DNA of 64,000 nucleotides from Acidobacteriota bacterium (GTDB lineage Bacteria; Acidobacteriota; Blastocatellia; RBC074): NCBI GenBank assembly GCA_016789605.1, contig JAEUQO010000202.1, positions 421 to 64,420 of the forward strand, read 5' to 3'. Shown piece by piece: positions 59,702 to 64,000 of this stretch (position 1 is its first letter; each line of letters starts with the position of its first letter). The notes under the pieces were generated by a model. It saw only the letters and a program-made list of their open reading frames with translations, ran no database searches and was not told where the DNA came from. The position numbers and the translations under genes were made by a program.

Positions 59702-62700
59702 ATGACAATGCACGACAACGATTATCAAACGATTCAAGGATTTCGCCTCTCGCCGCAACAACGGCGGCTGTGGCAGTTGCAACAACAGAGCGCGGCTTTT
59801 GTGGCTCAGGGCGTGATTGAAATCAACGGCGCACTTTGCGAAACGACGCTGCGGGCGGCGTTGCAACAACTGGTTCAACGTCATGATCTGTTGCGCGCCG
59901 TTTTCCATGAGTTGCCGGGAATGAAAGCGCCGGTGATGGCGATTGAAGAAACGGCTGAATTGGAATGGGCGCGCGGCGATGCCGCCAGCGCCGTGACGGA
60001 AGACCTTGCGTCGCATTTGTTGCGTGCGCGCCAGCGCCCGTTTGCGCTGGCTGAGGGGCCGGTTTTGCGCGCCATGTTGTTGTCATTGGCGGAACACCGG
60101 TCGGCTTTGATTTTGACCTTGCCCGCGCTTTGCGCCGACGCCGCGAGTTTGAGCAATCTGACGGCAGAGTTGAGCCAGCTATACACGGCCAGGCAACAAG
60201 GCGCTGGATTGCCCGCGCCGGAATTGTCTTATGTGCAATATGCCGAGTGGCAGAATCAATTGGCGGAGAACGCGGCGACTGGCGAAGGGAAAGCCTATTG
60301 GCAGTCGCAGCAGCTGGCCGAATTGCCTGCGCTGTGTCTGCCCCAGACGATAACAACCGAACCGACGACAGCGTTTGTGCCGGTTGCGCATGAGTTTTTT
60401 TGCGACGAACGGCTTTCCGCGCGGATCACGGGAACCGCCCAGCGTCTGGGAACTTCCGCGTCGTTGTTTTTGCAAGCGGTCTGGCAAACGTTGTTGGCGC
60501 GTTTGTCCGGCCAGCAAGAATTTGTGCTTGGCGTGATTGACCAAGGTCGCGAGTTTGAAGTGTTGCAACCCGGCGTTGGGTTGTTTGCACGTACTTTGCC
60601 GGTGCGCAGCCGTTGGCGGTTTGAGCAACCCTTTCAGCAGGCGCTGGCGCAACTGGGCGACGCCGTGCGGTCGGCGGTCGAATGGCAGGATGATTTTCCG
60701 TGGGCCACCGAGGGTGAAGCAGGCCGTCAGGACGGCGAGTTTTTCCCCGTGCGGTTTGAGTATGTCGAAGCCAGCGGCGAGCATCGCGCTGGCTCGGTCT
60801 CGTTTCGCCTGACAGAACAATACGTCTGTTGCGAGCGGTTCCACGTGAAGCTTGTTTGTATGGTTGCGGGCGAAGGTCTTCGTTTGGCGTTGCAATACGA
60901 TCCGCACCGGTTGAGCGGCTCGGCGGTGGCGCGTCTGGCGCAACAATTCCTCACGGCGCTGGCCAGCGCCTGTACACAGCCGGAAGAGTTGGTTGAGCGG
61001 TTGAACATTTTGCCAACGGCAGAGCGAGGGCAGTTGCTCACGTTTGCACAGACCACGGATCAGCAGATTGGCGCATCACTTTTCCCACAGTTGTTTGAGG
61101 CGCAGGTTGCGCGCGTGCCAGAGCGCGTCGCGGTGGTTTGTGAAGGCCAATCGTTGCGCTATGGCGAATTGAATCGGCGCGCCAATCAATTGGCCCGTTT
61201 TTTACGAACGCTTGGTGTGGGGCCTGAAGTGACGGTTGGCCTTTGTGCTGAGCGTTCGCCGGAATTGATGGTGGCGATGCTCGGCATACTAAAAGCGGGC
61301 GGAGCCTATGCTCCGCTTGACCCGGCGCAACCGAAAAACCGTGCCGCGCAAATGCTGGAAGATTTGCACGCTCGCGTTTTGCTGACGCAGCAACACCTGC
61401 TCGACCGATTGCCGACCGCAACGGAACGCATCGTTTGTTTGGACAGGGATTGGCCGCTGATTTCCGCAGAAAGCGATGAGAACCTGGCGAGTGCCGCACG
61501 GCCTGAAAACCTGGCCTATGTTTTATTCACGTCCGGTTCGACGGGGCGTCCCAAAGGCGTGGCTGTCGAACATCGCCAGTTGCTTAATTACTTGCAGGGC
61601 ATTCGCACGCGATTGGCAGAGCCCGACGGCGAAAGTGAACAGGGAATGAGTTATGCCGCCGTTTCAACCTTTGCGGCGGATTTGGGCAATACGGCGATCT
61701 TTCCCGCGCTGGCCAGCGGTGGCACGCTGCACATCATCGCGCAGGAACGTGCCACCGATCCCGAAGCCTTTGCGGCGTATTTTCACGAGCACGCAATTGA
61801 TTGTTTGAAAATAGTGCCTTCGCATTTGGCGGCATTGCTGGCCGCAGCGCAGCCGGCACAGGTTTTACCCCACCGCTGTCTGGTGCTTGGCGGCGAAGCG
61901 ACCCCGCCAGATTTGCTGGAACAGGTGCGGCGATTGCGACCGGAGTGCGCAATTCTCAATCATTACGGCCCGACGGAAACCACCGTCGGAGCGCTGACGC
62001 ACGCTGTTGGAGAATCGTTGCCGAAACACGCGCGCAGTTTGCCCTTGGGGCGTCCATTGCCAAACGTGCAGGCGTATGTGCTGGATGCTTGCGGACAATT
62101 GACGCCGCTGAGTGTCTGGGGCGAATTGTATTTGGGTGGGGCGCAGGTGACGCGCGGCTATCTGTATCGGCCTGAGCTGACGGCTGAGAAGTTTCTGCCT
62201 GATCCCTTTGGGGTTGCAGGCGGTCGGTTGTATCGAACCGGAGACCGTGCCCGCGTTTTGCCGGACGGCAAGATTGAATTTGCCGGGCGACTGGATACGC
62301 AAATCAAATTTCACGGTTATCGCATTGAGTTGAGCGAAATCCGCAACGCGCTCAACCTTCATCCGCAAGTGCGCGACAGCGTAGCCGTGATCGCCAAAGA
62401 CGCCAGTGGGCAGGATGCGATCATCGCCTATTACGTAGCGCGACAGGAGTTGGAGACTGCTGCGTTGCGCGCCTTTCTGAGCGACCATCTGCTCGACGCA
62501 GCCATTCCGAATTTATTTGCTCACCTGAAGCGTTTGCCGCTGACGCTGAACGGCAAACTCAATTACGAGGCGCTGCCAACGCTGGCGGAAATCAGAGAGA
62601 GCGTTGCGCAACAGTTTGTCGCACCGCGCACCCGCGAAGAGGCCACAACGGCGGAAATCTGGGCGGACGTTCTGGGGCTGAAGCGCGTCAGCGTCGAAGA

Positions 62701-62980
62701 GAACTTTTTTGAACTGGGCGGCCATTCTTTGCTCGCGACGCAAGTCATTTCGCGCATGCGCACGGCTTTTGGCGTGGAATTGCAACTGCGCAGTTTGTTT
62801 GAAACGCCGACCGTGGCCGGACTGGCGGCGACTGTAGCCGAGAAGTTGGCTGCCGCGCCGTTTTCGTTTGCGAGCACTGCGCCGCCAGCGCGCACTGAGC
62901 AAGGGTTGGAAGCGCAGCTTGCTGCGCTCGAACAAATGACGGAAGAGGAAGCGCAGGCGCTGTTGCACGCCAGCAGGTAA
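59702..62980 (+). CDS. NRPS: interface-type C-A(Asp)-T
   Basis: GFRLSPQQRRLW; LPALCAD in place of HHxxxDG; A code DLTKVGHVGK (Asp); T GGHSLLATQ; C-terminal docking helix LEQMTEEEAQALL. Confidence 0.92.
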   Translation: MTMHDNDYQTIQGFRLSPQQRRLWQLQQQSAAFVAQGVIEINGALCETTLRAALQQLVQRHDLLRAVFHELPGMKAPVMAIEETAELEWARGDAASAVTEDLASHLLRARQRPFALAEGPVLRAMLLSLAEHRSALILTLPALCADAASLSNLTAELSQLYTARQQGAGLPAPELSYVQYAEWQNQLAENAATGEGKAYWQSQQLAELPALCLPQTITTEPTTAFVPVAHEFFCDERLSARITGTAQRLGTSASLFLQAVWQTLLARLSGQQEFVLGVIDQGREFEVLQPGVGLFARTLPVRSRWRFEQPFQQALAQLGDAVRSAVEWQDDFPWATEGEAGRQDGEFFPVRFEYVEASGEHRAGSVSFRLTEQYVCCERFHVKLVCMVAGEGLRLALQYDPHRLSGSAVARLAQQFLTALASACTQPEELVERLNILPTAERGQLLTFAQTTDQQIGASLFPQLFEAQVARVPERVAVVCEGQSLRYGELNRRANQLARFLRTLGVGPEVTVGLCAERSPELMVAMLGILKAGGAYAPLDPAQPKNRAAQMLEDLHARVLLTQQHLLDRLPTATERIVCLDRDWPLISAESDENLASAARPENLAYVLFTSGSTGRPKGVAVEHRQLLNYLQGIRTRLAEPDGESEQGMSYAAVSTFAADLGNTAIFPALASGGTLHIIAQERATDPEAFAAYFHEHAIDCLKIVPSHLAALLAAAQPAQVLPHRCLVLGGEATPPDLLEQVRRLRPECAILNHYGPTETTVGALTHAVGESLPKHARSLPLGRPLPNVQAYVLDACGQLTPLSVWGELYLGGAQVTRGYLYRPELTAEKFLPDPFGVAGGRLYRTGDRARVLPDGKIEFAGRLDTQIKFHGYRIELSEIRNALNLHPQVRDSVAVIAKDASGQDAIIAYYVARQELETAALRAFLSDHLLDAAIPNLFAHLKRLPLTLNGKLNYEALPTLAEIRESVAQQFVAPRTREEATTAEIWADVLGLKRVSVEENFFELGGHSLLATQVISRMRTAFGVELQLRSLFETPTVAGLAATVAEKLAAAPFSFASTAPPARTEQGLEAQLAALEQMTEEEAQALLHASR

Positions 62981-63008
62981 GACCGACGCGCACACGCAAC
63001 ATCTGGGC

Positions 63009-64000
63009 ATGCACGATTGGCAAACCATTTTGAATCAACTAACGCCCGCCAAGCGCGCGTTGTTGGCGGCGCGCAACCCGCTTTCGTTTGCGCAACAGCG
63101 GCTTTGGTTTCTGGATCAGCTTGCGCCGGGCCAGGCCGATTACAACATCCCGGCAGCGTTGCGGCTGACCGGCAGGCTGAACGTGCCCGCTCTGGAAGCC
63201 GGTATCAACGAAATCGTCCGCCGCCACGATGCGTTGCGCACAGTGTTTGGCGCGGTGGAAGGGCGACCATTTCAGTTGGCTTTGCCCGCCAAATTGGTTT
63301 CCTTGCCGCTGCACGATTTGCGCAACGTTCCTGAAACCGAGCGTGAGACGCGGCTGGCGTGTTTGCTGAACGAAGCTGCTGGGCGTCCCTTTGATTTAAC
63401 GCGTGGCCCATTGTTCAGCGTGGAATTGTGGCGGCTGGCCGAAACCGAGCATGTGTTGTGGCTGAACTGGCATCACATTATTGCCGATGGTTGGTCGCTG
63501 GAAATTTTCTTTCGCGAATTGGCGATGCTTTATCAAGCCTACCTGCACGGCGCGCCGTCGCCGTTGCCCGAATTGCCGTTGCAATATGGCGATTATGCGC
63601 GCTGGCAACGTCAGGAAGAACAAGGTGAGGCCTGGCAACGCCAGCTTTTGTACTGGAAACGGCAACTTCAAGGAGCGCCCGCCAGCCTGCCTTTGCCGAC
63701 GGAAGGAACGTTCCGGGCACAGCCATCGTCCGCAGGGGCAACTTACCGATTTACGCTGCCGGAGCGGTTGACGGCTGCCTTGCGTGAATTGAGCCAGCGC
63801 GAAAACGTGACGCTGTTTATGACTTTGCTGGCGGCTTTTCAGACGCTGCTTTATCGCCACACGGGCGAAACAGACCTGGTTGTCGGCACGCCACAGACCA
63901 ACCGCAACCGCGTGGAGTTGGAAGGCCTGATCGGGTTTTTCCTCAACACGCTGGTTTTGCGCGGCGATCTGGCGGGCAAACCGACAACGCGAGAGTTATT
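63009..64000 (+). CDS. NRPS starting with a C domain (LCL-like), runs off the right edge
   Basis: Not in the ORF track; translated by hand from ATG 63009: MHDWQTILNQLTPAKRALLAARNPLSFAQQRLWFL..., HHIIADGWS, GLIGFFLNTLV. Confidence 0.9.
   Translation, partial: MHDWQTILNQLTPAKRALLAARNPLSFAQQRLWFLDQLAPGQADYNIPAALRLTGRLNVPALEAGINEIVRRHDALRTVFGAVEGRPFQLALPAKLVSLPLHDLRNVPETERETRLACLLNEAAGRPFDLTRGPLFSVELWRLAETEHVLWLNWHHIIADGWSLEIFFRELAMLYQAYLHGAPSPLPELPLQYGDYARWQRQEEQGEAWQRQLLYWKRQLQGAPASLPLPTEGTFRAQPSSAGATYRFTLPERLTAALRELSQRENVTLFMTLLAAFQTLLYRHTGETDLVVGTPQTNRNRVELEGLIGFFLNTLVLRGDLAGKPTTREL

Noticed and set aside
26490-61560. Recurring TACACCTCnGGTTCGAC-like DNA repeats
   Set aside because: They encode the conserved A3 motif (YTSGSTG) of paralogous adenylation domains; not a CRISPR array or mobile repeat.
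1-64000. rRNA, tRNA, CRISPR arrays, transposases or integrases
   Set aside because: None recognised; intergenic gaps are short and show no regularly spaced repeats or cloverleaf motifs.

Overview
GC-rich bacterial window, probably Acidobacteriota (inferred from three duplicated orphan ABC permeases and an Oar-like TonB-dependent receptor). Bases 1-25.6 kb are mixed accessory genes: a PhaR-divergent operon (SDR, phasin-like protein, GNAT, DUF385 oxidoreductase, CYP102-type P450-reductase), an XPB-like helicase/DUF790 pair, a PDZ protein, a serine hydrolase, three permeases, an S8/S53-like protease and the receptor. From 25,978 to beyond the right edge lies a large, highly fragmented lipopeptide NRPS cluster. 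Hand-read A-domain codes give acyl-Thr-Gly-His-Leu-Ile/Val-X-Asp-... Unusual features are an A domain split across two genes around a GAMT-like methyltransferase, a modAA-type C domain missing both histidines, two C-TauD / interface-A pairs, a CmlA-like diiron hydroxylase, an AsnB amidotransferase and a PhpK-like radical SAM enzyme. A 1-nt frameshift breaks the FAAL-ACP starter. All calls come from motif reading only; no searches were run.
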